Shown here: piece by piece, positions 38,971 through 48,600 of the stretch
Numbering within the stretch: position 1 is the first letter of the stretch
How the letters are laid out: every line of letters starts with the position of its first letter
Assembly (NCBI GenBank): GCA_039920685.1
Contig: JBDSDG010000289.1
Coordinates: 1-54,902, forward strand
Origin: Ferruginibacter sp.
Lineage (GTDB): Bacteria > Bacteroidota > Bacteroidia > Chitinophagales > Chitinophagaceae
Length of the DNA: 54,902 nucleotides
Direction: 5' to 3'
Translations under genes and position numbers: made by a program
The notes under the pieces: generated by a model
What the model was told of the DNA's origin: nothing
Database searches by the model: none
What the model saw: only the letters and a program-made list of their open reading frames with translations

Positions 38971-41577
38971 GTGAAATCAGTTTTCAGATCCATATTTGTT
39001 CTATTATGTTTTGGTTCTTTTCATTCATATGCGCAACAAGTAATTCCTATCTATTATTCCCCGGTTGAAATGCCATCATTTCTAAAAGGAAATTATTTCG
39101 GACAATTTGATACGAAACTATTGGCGGAGGATCTTGCAGATCTGTTGAAACGCTCAACGGGAAAACGTTTTTCCGTAATTCCATATAAAAAAAATGTAGT
39201 AAAAGGCATCTTCCTGTTGCTGGATACAAATGCTGTTAACAATGGAAATGAAACGGGGAAGATTGAAACTGATGGTAAAAGTTTTATTCGCATTTCCTCA
39301 AAATTTACAACAGGGATCTCGTATGCGATGTATAGCTGGCTGGGAGAAATGGGATTTCGTTTTTATTTACCGGGCGATGAATGGACGATCATACCATCTG
39401 CTATCTCTTTTTTTACTGGTAAAAAATTCAATCGCATTTATAAGCCATATTTTAAGCTAAGGATGTTTAATGCAAGTGGCGGGATCTTCCCGGTAAAAGG
39501 TCTTGATGACGGATCGAACAATGAAAAGGATTGGGAGAAATGGTATTTAAGAAACCGGATGGGAAGTGATTATTTAAGGATCGATGGCCACATTGGAGAA
39601 TTGTTCAATATCGTTCATAAGAAACAGATCGAAGAAGATACATTGATCTTAGCACCGGTTAATGACAAGAGGCATTACAGTGAGGAAGGAAAACTGGATC
39701 CGACGAACGATAGGGGCGTTGCCATGTTCTCAGACTGGATAGTCAATGAATTTGGACTGCATAATAAAAGAATGCCCACCTTTCTGCCATTCAAAAAATA
39801 TTATACTGTAGATGCAGGAGATGGTTTGAATTACTGCCATTCAATTGAATGCCAAGCCATGTTTAAGACAGTCTCCGACCAGGTATTTAGCATAACAAAT
39901 AAAACAGCCAGGAAGATCAAATTAGCGGATAGCCGTGCAGGTGTGAGCACTCTGGCTTATACAGAACGGGCAGATACGCCTACTTTGAAGATAGAGCCAA
40001 ATGTGCATGTGATGGTTGTTCCAACCGGGTTTCAATCTGTAAGTACGAGTACGGAACTTATGCAACGGTGGTCAAAGAAATTTAACAACATAAGCCAATA
40101 TGATTTTTTAAATATTGGTGTTTGGTACTATGATGCACCGTTTTTTAATATGTACCAGTATCATAAAGATCTTCAGTTCCTGCGATCGTTAAAGATCGAA
40201 GGAATGAACTTTGAAACATCATTATCAAAATTTGCGTCAGGGGTACAACAATATTTTATATTAAGATATCTCAATGAGCCGTATGTTTCAATAGATAAAT
40301 TGCTGGATGAATTTTGTACTAATAATTTCGGCAAAGCCGGATCTGCAATTAAAAAACTATTGAAGGAATGGTATTTCAGTGATACGCATGTAAATACCAA
40401 TCTTGACAAAGCATCCTTTTATGAGGATGAACTCGGGCGCTTTGTAAATTATATTGAAGAGGCTGAGAACATAGGAATCTCAGGTATAACAGTTAACAGC
40501 AGGATCACCGAGCTGAAAGCTTATATTATATACCTGTGCCAATTTTACGAGCTGTTTACTGACCTGCCAAATCAAAAAGCGTATGCTGAAAATGAATCAT
40601 TAAGAACAAAAAAGATCATCGAGCTCCTCACATTCACCTGGCAAATGTATACCACCAAAATATTTCATAACACACAGCTAAATGATATGCTGAAGAAACT
40701 AATTCCGGAAGATCAGCGGAATCTATGGGATTTCAGGAAAAGCGACCACTTTAAAAATATTAAGCAAAAAAGTATCGCTGATATTGAAAATGATTTTAAA
40801 AAAGTAAAGGGAAAATATTTACCATTAGCAAGGCCATCCTTTATTATTACAGATCAGTTTTTAGCGAATAATGTAAAATATAGTGCAGACAGTATCCGTA
40901 TTGCTACTATCGATGAACTTGCATTTGGAAATTATATGTATCCGATAGACTTTTACTGTGGTACTCCCCGCCCGTTAATGATCAGCTATCGAACTGATTC
41001 AAGCAAGCAAAAGGATAATAACCAAAATAAAGTAGCCATTGTATCAGTTGAAAGTGCCGACCATACTTTTCTTCAATTGCATGAAGTCAATAAAGAGAAC
41101 AGTAGCGGAAAGCTTATTTATTTTCTTCCTGCTAAAGGCCATTACAAATTATATTTATCTCAATACCAGGCTACACCTGTTACTTATATAATTTATCCTG
41201 GAAAAAATCTTTTTTACCTGGCTAAAAGATCTATTCCAATGAATGGGATAATGATACAGGATAATGAGAAACCCAATAAGTATTCAAATAAATACCTGGC
41301 AGTACCAATACCGCGAGCTGACAGCTTATATTTTAGCAACCGCTATTGGAATTCTACCAATACTATAAAATTATATTCTGAAAAAGGTGAGCAAATACTG
41401 GTTAATAGCAGCCGGGAACCAATGCTTAATTCTGCTGATATCCACAATTCCAGTAAAAGCTCGTTCATATTTTTCGACAATGAGGTCTTTCGTTGGCCAC
41501 CTATATTTAAAAATACAGCCTCTTATTTTTTCTTCCTGAAATACCCTTTACATATCAACGGTAAACAAACTAAATAA
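38971..41577 (+). CDS. Secreted protein, DUF4838-like (glycoside-hydrolase-like N-domain)
   Basis: GTG start, signal peptide, DLADLLKRSTG / GISYAMYSWLGEMGFRFYLPG / PYFKLR pattern, CHSIEC..SDQ, TLAY, FGKAG; family call from memory of motif layout. Confidence 0.6.
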   Translation: MKSVFRSIFVLLCFGSFHSYAQQVIPIYYSPVEMPSFLKGNYFGQFDTKLLAEDLADLLKRSTGKRFSVIPYKKNVVKGIFLLLDTNAVNNGNETGKIETDGKSFIRISSKFTTGISYAMYSWLGEMGFRFYLPGDEWTIIPSAISFFTGKKFNRIYKPYFKLRMFNASGGIFPVKGLDDGSNNEKDWEKWYLRNRMGSDYLRIDGHIGELFNIVHKKQIEEDTLILAPVNDKRHYSEEGKLDPTNDRGVAMFSDWIVNEFGLHNKRMPTFLPFKKYYTVDAGDGLNYCHSIECQAMFKTVSDQVFSITNKTARKIKLADSRAGVSTLAYTERADTPTLKIEPNVHVMVVPTGFQSVSTSTELMQRWSKKFNNISQYDFLNIGVWYYDAPFFNMYQYHKDLQFLRSLKIEGMNFETSLSKFASGVQQYFILRYLNEPYVSIDKLLDEFCTNNFGKAGSAIKKLLKEWYFSDTHVNTNLDKASFYEDELGRFVNYIEEAENIGISGITVNSRITELKAYIIYLCQFYELFTDLPNQKAYAENESLRTKKIIELLTFTWQMYTTKIFHNTQLNDMLKKLIPEDQRNLWDFRKSDHFKNIKQKSIADIENDFKKVKGKYLPLARPSFIITDQFLANNVKYSADSIRIATIDELAFGNYMYPIDFYCGTPRPLMISYRTDSSKQKDNNQNKVAIVSVESADHTFLQLHEVNKENSSGKLIYFLPAKGHYKLYLSQYQATPVTYIIYPGKNLFYLAKRSIPMNGIMIQDNEKPNKYSNKYLAVPIPRADSLYFSNRYWNSTNTIKLYSEKGEQILVNSSREPMLNSADIHNSSKSSFIFFDNEVFRWPPIFKNTASYFFFLKYPLHINGKQTK

Positions 41578-41628
41578 TTGATTATGGATTTTTCATGACT
41601 GTTGCATCTGTGGTAAAAAATTATAGTC

Positions 41629-42108
41629 ATGAAAAAAAGGATCCTTATCTGCATTACGTGTGTGGCCGTAGCCGGGACATTTGTACATGCACAAGACACA
41701 AGCATTTCAAACGATCAATTCTCAACCGCGGTTGAATTTGTACTGCCACCACTCCCCCCGGCTCCACCTGAACCTCCAATGTTCCCGGTTGCCCCGCCAC
41801 CGCCTCCAGCTGTCGACCAATTACCAGTCCCGCCTGCTCCACCCCTGCCCCCTGCACCTCCAACCGCAACTCCTGCTCCACCTGCCTCATGTAAAGATTA
41901 TACGCAGGATATAACAACAATTGTAAATGGTAATGGATTTGAAGCAACAGTTATAAAAATAAAGGAAACTGATGTGGTGATTCTCGGAAAGGATGGAAAA
42001 AAGCAAAAAATAAAACTGAGCACATGGGGTGCTGACAGGAAATATTTTGAAAAGAAATATGGCCACTTACCTCCACCGACACCGCCTGTGGAAGTTAGAA
42101 ATTCCTAA
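41629..42108 (+). CDS. Small secreted proline-rich protein
   Basis: Signal peptide (VHA-Q), about 45-aa poly-Pro/Ala tract, short globular domain, KYGHLPPPTPP tail; terminator follows. Confidence 0.78.
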   Translation: MKKRILICITCVAVAGTFVHAQDTSISNDQFSTAVEFVLPPLPPAPPEPPMFPVAPPPPPAVDQLPVPPAPPLPPAPPTATPAPPASCKDYTQDITTIVNGNGFEATVIKIKETDVVILGKDGKKQKIKLSTWGADRKYFEKKYGHLPPPTPPVEVRNS

Positions 42109-42120
42109 ATTCCACCAACT

Positions 42121-42145
42121 AAAAAACCCTCTATATGGAGGGTTT
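42121..42145. terminator. Terminator between convergent genes (mainly for the isc operon)
   Basis: AAACCCTC-TATATG-GAGGGTTT with an A run on the left. Confidence 0.8.
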
Positions 42146-42170
42146 CATTATTTAATAAGATATACCAGAT

Positions 42171-42521
42171 TTATACAGCAAAGCTGTCTCCACAACCACA
42201 GCTTCTACTTGCATTCGGATTATTGAAGTAGAAGCCTTTACCATTCAATCCATCGCTGAATTCCAACTCTGTATTTACCAGGTATAAAAAACTTTTGAGG
42301 TCAGTGACGATCTTTATGCCTTTATCTTCAAACACCTGGTCCATTGACTTAACCTCATTGTCAAAATCAAGCTTATAACTTAATCCACTACATCCTCCAC
42401 CTACTACGCCTACACGAAGAAAGTAATTCGGATCTTCTTTTACGCCGGCATCGTTCATTAACTGCTGAACCTTTGTTTTTGCCTTATCGCTTATGTATAT
42501 GCTGTTATCTGTTGCTACCAT
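42171..42521 (-). CDS. iscA: Fe-S cluster assembly accessory (A-type carrier) protein
   Basis: GGGCSGLSY and NPNASRSCGCGDSF. Confidence 0.93.
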   Translation of the reverse strand: MVATDNSIYISDKAKTKVQQLMNDAGVKEDPNYFLRVGVVGGGCSGLSYKLDFDNEVKSMDQVFEDKGIKIVTDLKSFLYLVNTELEFSDGLNGKGFYFNNPNASRSCGCGDSFAV

Positions 42522-42595
42522 ATGAGCTGTTAGCTGTTAGCTGTTAGCAAGCGAAAGCCAGGGTTTGGCTAATGGCTAATAGCTAAAAGCTTATA
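42521..42595. repeat. Inverted pair of heptamer arrays forming a 28-bp imperfect stem
   Basis: Left arm TATG(AGCTGTT)3AGC at 42521-42548; right arm GCTAATGGCTAATAGCTAAAAGCTTATA at 42568-42595; 23 of 28 Watson-Crick complementary. Confidence 0.85.
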
Positions 42596-42601
42596 GTTGA
42601 T

Positions 42602-43021
42602 TTAATGTACTACGCTTTCTTCAAACTTTATTTTCTCCATTCCGTTCTTCTCACGGTAATCGTTAATAGCTGCTTTAATTGCATCTTCCGCCAACACACT
42701 ACAATGGATCTTAACCGGAGGAAGGTTTAACTCTTCAACGATGTCCATGTTGTCGATTTTTAATGCATCATCTACACTTTTTCCTTTCAGCCATTCTGTA
42801 GCTAAAGAGGAAGAAGCAATTGCAGAACCGCAACCAAAGGTTTTGAATTTTGCATCTGTGATCATTCCCGTTGAATGATCTACCTCGATCTGCAAACGCA
42901 TAACATCACCACATTCGGGTGCACCAACTAAACCGGTCCCAACACTTTTGCTTGACTTATCAAGTGTACCCACATTCTTTGGGTTCTGGTAATGATCAAT
43001 AACTTTTTCTGAATATGACAT
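42602..43021 (-). CDS. iscU: Fe-S cluster scaffold
   Basis: GAPECGD, FGCGSAIASSS, LPPVKIHC. Confidence 0.97.
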   Translation of the reverse strand: MSYSEKVIDHYQNPKNVGTLDKSSKSVGTGLVGAPECGDVMRLQIEVDHSTGMITDAKFKTFGCGSAIASSSLATEWLKGKSVDDALKIDNMDIVEELNLPPVKIHCSVLAEDAIKAAINDYREKNGMEKIKFEESVVH

Positions 43022-43029
43022 TTTAATTT

Positions 43030-43105
43030 ATTTTAAATTTTGAATTAAAAATTTTAAATGAAATGCTGATCTGATCAATTGCAAATTCAACATGTAGCAT
43101 TCAGA
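43030..43105. repeat. Degenerate period-7 AT-rich arrays in the iscS-iscU gap
   Basis: ATTTTAA ATTTTGA ATTAAAA ATTTTAA (43030-43057) and ATTGCAA ATTCAAC ATGTAGC ATTCAGA (43078-43105). Confidence 0.45.
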
Positions 43106-43109
43106 ATAA

Positions 43110-44327
43110 TTAGTGTGCTGCCCACTCTATCGTGCTCAGATCTATACCTTCTTTATACATTTCCCACAGCGGGCTCATTTCTCTTAACTTCATAACTGTT
43201 TCACTTATTGCCTTGATCGTATAATCAATTTGATCTTCATTAGTAAATCTTCCCAATCCAAAACGCAATGAACTATGTGCAAGATCATCTCCCAAACCTA
43301 ATGCTTTTAGCACATAACTCGGCTCCAAAGACGCAGATGTGCAGGCAGAACCTGAGCTTAATGCAATGTTCTTATTAAATCCCATCAACAGGCCTTCACC
43401 TTCAACATGCTTAAAGGAAATGTTGCTCACATGGGGCAGGCGATGTTCCCTGCTGCCATTCACGTAAGCTTCTTCCAATAGCAATAAGGAGGATTCTAAT
43501 TTGTCCCTCATTTTGCTGATCCTTTTCGTATCTGACTCCATCTCAAGCATACACAATTCACAGGCTTTTCCAAAACCAACTATTCCTGGAACGTTCAATG
43601 TTCCACTGCGCATTCCTCTTTCATGTCCACCACCGTCCATCTGCGCGGTAACCTTAACCCTTGGATTTTTTCGCCGCACATATAATGCTCCCACACCTTT
43701 TGGCCCGTACATTTTGTGTGCGGTAAATGCCATCAGGTCAATGCCATCTTTATTTACATTAACCGGTATCTTGCCAACTGCCTGGGTTCCGTCAGTAAAA
43801 ACCAGGACCCCGTGTTTTCTTGCAATCGCACTGATCTCTTTAATGGGCATCACCGTACCGATCTCATTATTTGCATACATGATCGCGATCAGGATAGTGG
43901 TTGGCTTAATTGCGGCTTCTAATTCTACCAGGTCAATTAATCCATCGGCGCTTACTTTCAGATAGGTAACTTCTCCACCTATTTTTTCTATATGCTTACA
44001 CGTATCAAGAACTGCTTTGTGTTCTGTTGTTGCCGTTATAATATGATTTCCTTTGCTGGCATACATTTCATACACACCTTTTATGGCCAGGTTATCACCT
44101 TCAGTAGCTCCGGAAGTAAAAATAATTTCTTTTGGATCAGCCCCGATCAATTTGGCCACCTGCTCCCGTGCATAATCTACTGCTTCTTCAGCCTGCCAGC
44201 CAAATGGATGGTTCCGGCTTGCTGCATTCCCAAAATGTTGAAGGAAATACGGGGTCATTGCTTCAAACACCCTTGGATCCATCTGGGTAGTGGCGTTGTT
44301 ATCTAAATATATAGGCAAATTCAACAT
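43110..44327 (-). CDS. iscS: Cysteine desulfurase
   Basis: YLDNNATT, FTSGATE, AHKMYGPKG PLP lysine, SSGSACTS catalytic Cys, SPLWEM tail. Confidence 0.97.
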   Translation of the reverse strand: MLNLPIYLDNNATTQMDPRVFEAMTPYFLQHFGNAASRNHPFGWQAEEAVDYAREQVAKLIGADPKEIIFTSGATEGDNLAIKGVYEMYASKGNHIITATTEHKAVLDTCKHIEKIGGEVTYLKVSADGLIDLVELEAAIKPTTILIAIMYANNEIGTVMPIKEISAIARKHGVLVFTDGTQAVGKIPVNVNKDGIDLMAFTAHKMYGPKGVGALYVRRKNPRVKVTAQMDGGGHERGMRSGTLNVPGIVGFGKACELCMLEMESDTKRISKMRDKLESSLLLLEEAYVNGSREHRLPHVSNISFKHVEGEGLLMGFNKNIALSSGSACTSASLEPSYVLKALGLGDDLAHSSLRFGLGRFTNEDQIDYTIKAISETVMKLREMSPLWEMYKEGIDLSTIEWAAH

Positions 44328-44360
44328 GATATATAATTGTTTATTAGTATTGTTTTACAG

Positions 44361-44368
44361 CAAATTTA
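44361..44368 (-). promoter_or_regulatory. -7 promoter element of iscSUA
   Basis: Minus strand TAAATTTG about 33 bp upstream of the ATG. Confidence 0.6.
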
Positions 44369-44456
44369 CTATAAAAGGTTCTATTTTAGCTGCCTGGTGT
44401 TTCATATTGATGTTTTTACCCTAATTCGTAAACGTACCCTCAATTAATAAAAAAAT

Positions 44457-44858
44457 ATGCTTAAAATTGAACACATCGGCATTGCTGTAAAAGATTTGGC
44501 AAATGCTGTTCCGCTATTTCAAAAACTGCTAAATAGTCATTGTTATAAAACGGAATCTGTGCCTTCAGAGTTTGTTAACACAGCTTTTTTTTTACAGGGA
44601 GATAATAAAGTAGAATTAGTTGAAAGCGCAACTGCTGATGGGGTGATCGCAAAATTCATCGAAAAGAAAGGTGAAGGCATCCATCATATTGCTTTTGAGG
44701 TTGAGGATATCAGGGCAGAAATGAAAAGGCTGACGGATGAGGGTTTTGTTTTATTAAACACTGAGCCTAAAGAGGGAGCCGACAATAAATGGGTATGCTT
44801 TCTTCACCCTAAAAATACAAATGGGGTTTTGGTGGAGTTGTGCCAGGAAAGGAAATAG
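44457..44858 (+). CDS. mce: Methylmalonyl-CoA epimerase
   Basis: IEHIGIAV, GEGIHHIAF, FLHPKxTNGVLVELCQ. Confidence 0.93.
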   Translation: MLKIEHIGIAVKDLANAVPLFQKLLNSHCYKTESVPSEFVNTAFFLQGDNKVELVESATADGVIAKFIEKKGEGIHHIAFEVEDIRAEMKRLTDEGFVLLNTEPKEGADNKWVCFLHPKNTNGVLVELCQERK

Positions 44859-44909
44859 TTCTTAGATCATAGTTATTTTTCTAAAAGTTTGAATTTTGAG
44901 GCTTGGGGG

Positions 44910-45548
44910 TTAATTTAAGAAAGGGTTTTCTCGTTTTTCTTCGCCTATGGTAGTTATTGGACCGTGGCCGCTGTAAACGATTGTATGATCGGGCAATACA
45001 AATAAATTCTCCCTGATACTTTTTATCAGTGTATCATGATCGGCTAGTGGCAGATCGGTTCTGCCAATACTCCTGTTAAATAATGCATCTCCGCTGATAA
45101 CAAACGAATCTTTTTCACAATAAAATGCAACACTTCCCGGGCTGTGTCCCGGCGTTAGTAATACTTTTAATTCTTCGTCGCCCAAAGACAATACCTGCCC
45201 TCCTGATAAAAAGTTGAATTCCCCTTTATAATTATTGAATGGCAGGTTATACATCAGGCCACTTGCCGGTGCAAAATCGAGTACCGGCGTTTCCTTTTCG
45301 TGGAGATGAAGCGTAAGGCCGAATTTTTCTGCCACGAACTTATTTCCAAATACATGATCTAAATGGCAATGGGTATTAAGCAGCATCCGGGGCTTCAAAT
45401 CCATCTTCTCTATAAAGGCCAATAGCTCATCCTTTTCCTCATCAAAATAACAACCGGGATCAATGATGGCGCAATCGTTAAGCTGGTTATAAAGTATATA
45501 GGTATTTTCCTGTACAGGACTAAATTCAAATGATTTTATTTTCAACAT
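44910..45548 (-). CDS. MBL-fold metallo-hydrolase (glyoxalase II/YcbL-like)
   Basis: THCHLDH, PGHSPG, SGDALF, GRTD, SGHG, ENPFL ending. Confidence 0.93.
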   Translation of the reverse strand: MLKIKSFEFSPVQENTYILYNQLNDCAIIDPGCYFDEEKDELLAFIEKMDLKPRMLLNTHCHLDHVFGNKFVAEKFGLTLHLHEKETPVLDFAPASGLMYNLPFNNYKGEFNFLSGGQVLSLGDEELKVLLTPGHSPGSVAFYCEKDSFVISGDALFNRSIGRTDLPLADHDTLIKSIRENLFVLPDHTIVYSGHGPITTIGEEKRENPFLN

Positions 45549-45621
45549 GCATTAATTTTAAATTGTTTTTAATCATTAGCGCTAATCAAGTAATTTTAAT
45601 ACTCAATATCAACTCCGTAGT

Positions 45622-48600
45622 ATGGCAAAGTTCAGCAGAATAATCTTAATAATTTTAGTCATATTCTCAGGTTTTTTAGCGAATGCCCAGGTGAACTCAG
45701 TCACATTTGGTAAGAACAGGGTTCAGTTTAAAAAGTTCAAGTGGCAGTTTTACCAGACAAGGAATTTCAATGTGTTTTTTAATCAGAATGGCCAGGAACT
45801 TGCAAAATTTGTTGCCCAAAGTGCTGAGAAAGAATTACCAGACCTTGAAGCCACAGCCGAGTACAGTCTTCAAAGAAGAGCAAACATTATCTTATACAAT
45901 GAGTTTGCTGATATGCAGCAGACGAATATCGGACTGGAATCTGACCTGTTAACAACCGGTGGAACTACACGTTTGGTAAATAATAAGATGGTCATCTATT
46001 TTGATGCCAACCACGCAAACCTTAGAAGACAGATCAGGCAAGGAATAGCTGATGTGATCACAAAGAATGTTTTATTTGGAGATGATATTGGAGAAGTTGC
46101 CGGTAACCAGACCTTACTCGACCTGCCGCAATGGCTTACTGATGGTTATGTGGCATATCTCGGGGAAAACTGGAGCACAGAGCTTGATGATGAATTAAAA
46201 AGCGAGATATTAAGCGGCAATTACAGCAGATTCTCCTCCTTCTCCTATGCCAAGCCACTTCTTGCAGGTCATGCTTTCTGGTTCTTTATCGAGGAAAAAT
46301 ATAAGAAGGAAAACGTTACCTATTTTCTATACCTGGCCAGGGTTTATAAAAACCTGAATAAGGCAAGTGTCCAGATCACAAAAAAGAAATTTAAGGAACT
46401 GCTGACCGAGTTCATGGAATACCAGGAAGATAAATATTATAAGGACATTACTCGCAGGAAAGCTTATCCGAAAGGAAGCTACATTGAAGGATTTGATATA
46501 AGCAAGCGCCTGAATTATTACCGGTTCAATGTAAATCCTAACAAACGCAATAATTCTTATGTTGTAACCCAATTTAAAAAAGGGATCGTGAGAGTGATAC
46601 TGAACGAAGATTACGAAAATAAAACGCTCTTAAAATACGGGATAAGAACATATCAGAACCAGGTGAATCCCAATTATCCGTTGATGGCATGGGATCCAAA
46701 GGGAACAAGGGTTTCCGTGGTATATGTGCAGGAAGGCAGGCTAAAGCTTTTTGTATATGATATTATCACGAGGATAAAGCAATATAAGATCGACCTTACT
46801 GCAGATTTTGACCAGGTGCAGGATATTAAATACATGCTTGATAGCAGGACGTTGTTGATCTCGGCAGTAAAGAATGGCCACACGGATATTTATACTTACA
46901 ACATTGAAAAAGAAAAAGCCCAGCAGATCACCAATGATGTGTTTGATGACCTGGATCCTTCTTTTGTCTCATTTCCAAATAAAACCGGGATCATCTATTC
47001 CAGCAACAGGCCTTCGGCAGAGGCAAAAACCGCGGATACCATTTTACCCAGTGATAACAGGTACAACATTTTCCTGATAACAGATTTTGGCGACAAGCCG
47101 GAATTGAACCAGATATCCCAGCTGTCAAATTTAAAATATGGCAATGCAAGATTCCCTACACAATATAATGTAAACCATTTCACATTTGTAAGTGACGAAA
47201 ATGGTGTAGGTAACCGTTATGCAGGATTTTTTACAACTGAAAAGGCCGGGTTGGACACGCTTGTACTGATAGGGGATGATATACTGCGAAACCCTTCTGT
47301 AAAGGATATCGACAGTGCTTTGAGGGCATATAACAAAACTGATGTTGATTCCATAGCTGTTGTTTCTGTATCACAGGATTCTGCTTATACTTTTCCATTG
47401 AGCAATTATCAAAGTACACTTGGAGAAACAAGAATCGCAGGTGAAAATAACCAGGTGAGCGAAGTCACCCGTCAAAGCGATGAGAAGGTTCTTTATAAAT
47501 TAAAGATCGATGAAAATACGCTGAGGCAAAGAAACATTTCAGTTCCGCCGACGGAGTACATGAAAAAATTAATGAGGGAAAGCCGGCTTACTAAAGTGAA
47601 TAATTCCAATGTTAATCCAACGGATACGATAAAACGCCAGGAAGATTTTTTTCAAAACGATATAGATCTGCAAAAAAAAGACAGTAGCTCAGTGACTATT
47701 GCAGAACCAACTGCAACAGAATCCGTTGAAGTAAGCGAATCAGTTTTGCGATCTGCAAAATTATTCCGGTACAGGCCTCTTAAATTCTCAGGAGATTTTG
47801 GATCCGTAGGCTTTAATAATGCTGTGCTGATAAACCGCTACCAGGCGTACGCAGGTGGATCAGGGCCGATCATGCTTAACAGTGGCACACCTTTGAATGG
47901 ACTCATCAGTCTTGGTACATCTGATCTACTTGAAGATATTAAAATACTGGGCGCATTTAAAATAAGTACAAACCTGAAAGACAACGAATGGTATGTGAGC
48001 TATCAAAATTATAAGCGGCGTATTGATTGGGGCCTGTCTTATTATCGCAATACACAAAGCGTTGATATCCTTCCCACAGATGTATCAGGAAATCCTATTC
48101 ATCCCTTTGCCAGTCCTGGAAAAGTGTTCACCAATTTATACCAGGTAAATGTTGCTTATCCTTTTGATGCTACAAAAAGTGTTCGTTTGTCAACCGGTCT
48201 TCGTTCCGATAACGTTGTAATTTCAAACGACCCTAATTTTCCTAATGAGATCTTTGAGAATAACCAGAAAAAATATTCGGTTACTCATTTTGAATACGTG
48301 TATGATAACAGTTTGAATCCGAATATGAATATTTGGAATGGCTTAAGATATAAAGCATTCTTTGACTGGAACAGGCAACTTACAGGTCCAAAACGTGAAG
48401 GACCTACCACTTTCAATTTTGGATTTGATGCAAGATATTATTATCCAATTCACCGCGACTTTATCTGGGCAGTGAGAGCAGCCGGTGATTTCAGCTGGGG
48501 CAACCAGAAATTTATTTATTACCTGGGTGGTGTTGATGGCTGGCTGATGTTTGGCAGCAATGAAAAAAGAGATAACAATCAAAACCTGGTAAGGGAACGC

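Noticed and set aside
41654-41947. Alternative-frame ORFs over the proline-rich gene
   Set aside because: Arise from the stop-poor C-rich tract; only 41629..42108 has a signal peptide and a following terminator.
44910-45548. Metallo-beta-lactamase resistance gene
   Set aside because: No signal peptide; motifs fit cytoplasmic glyoxalase II/YcbL-like hydrolases.
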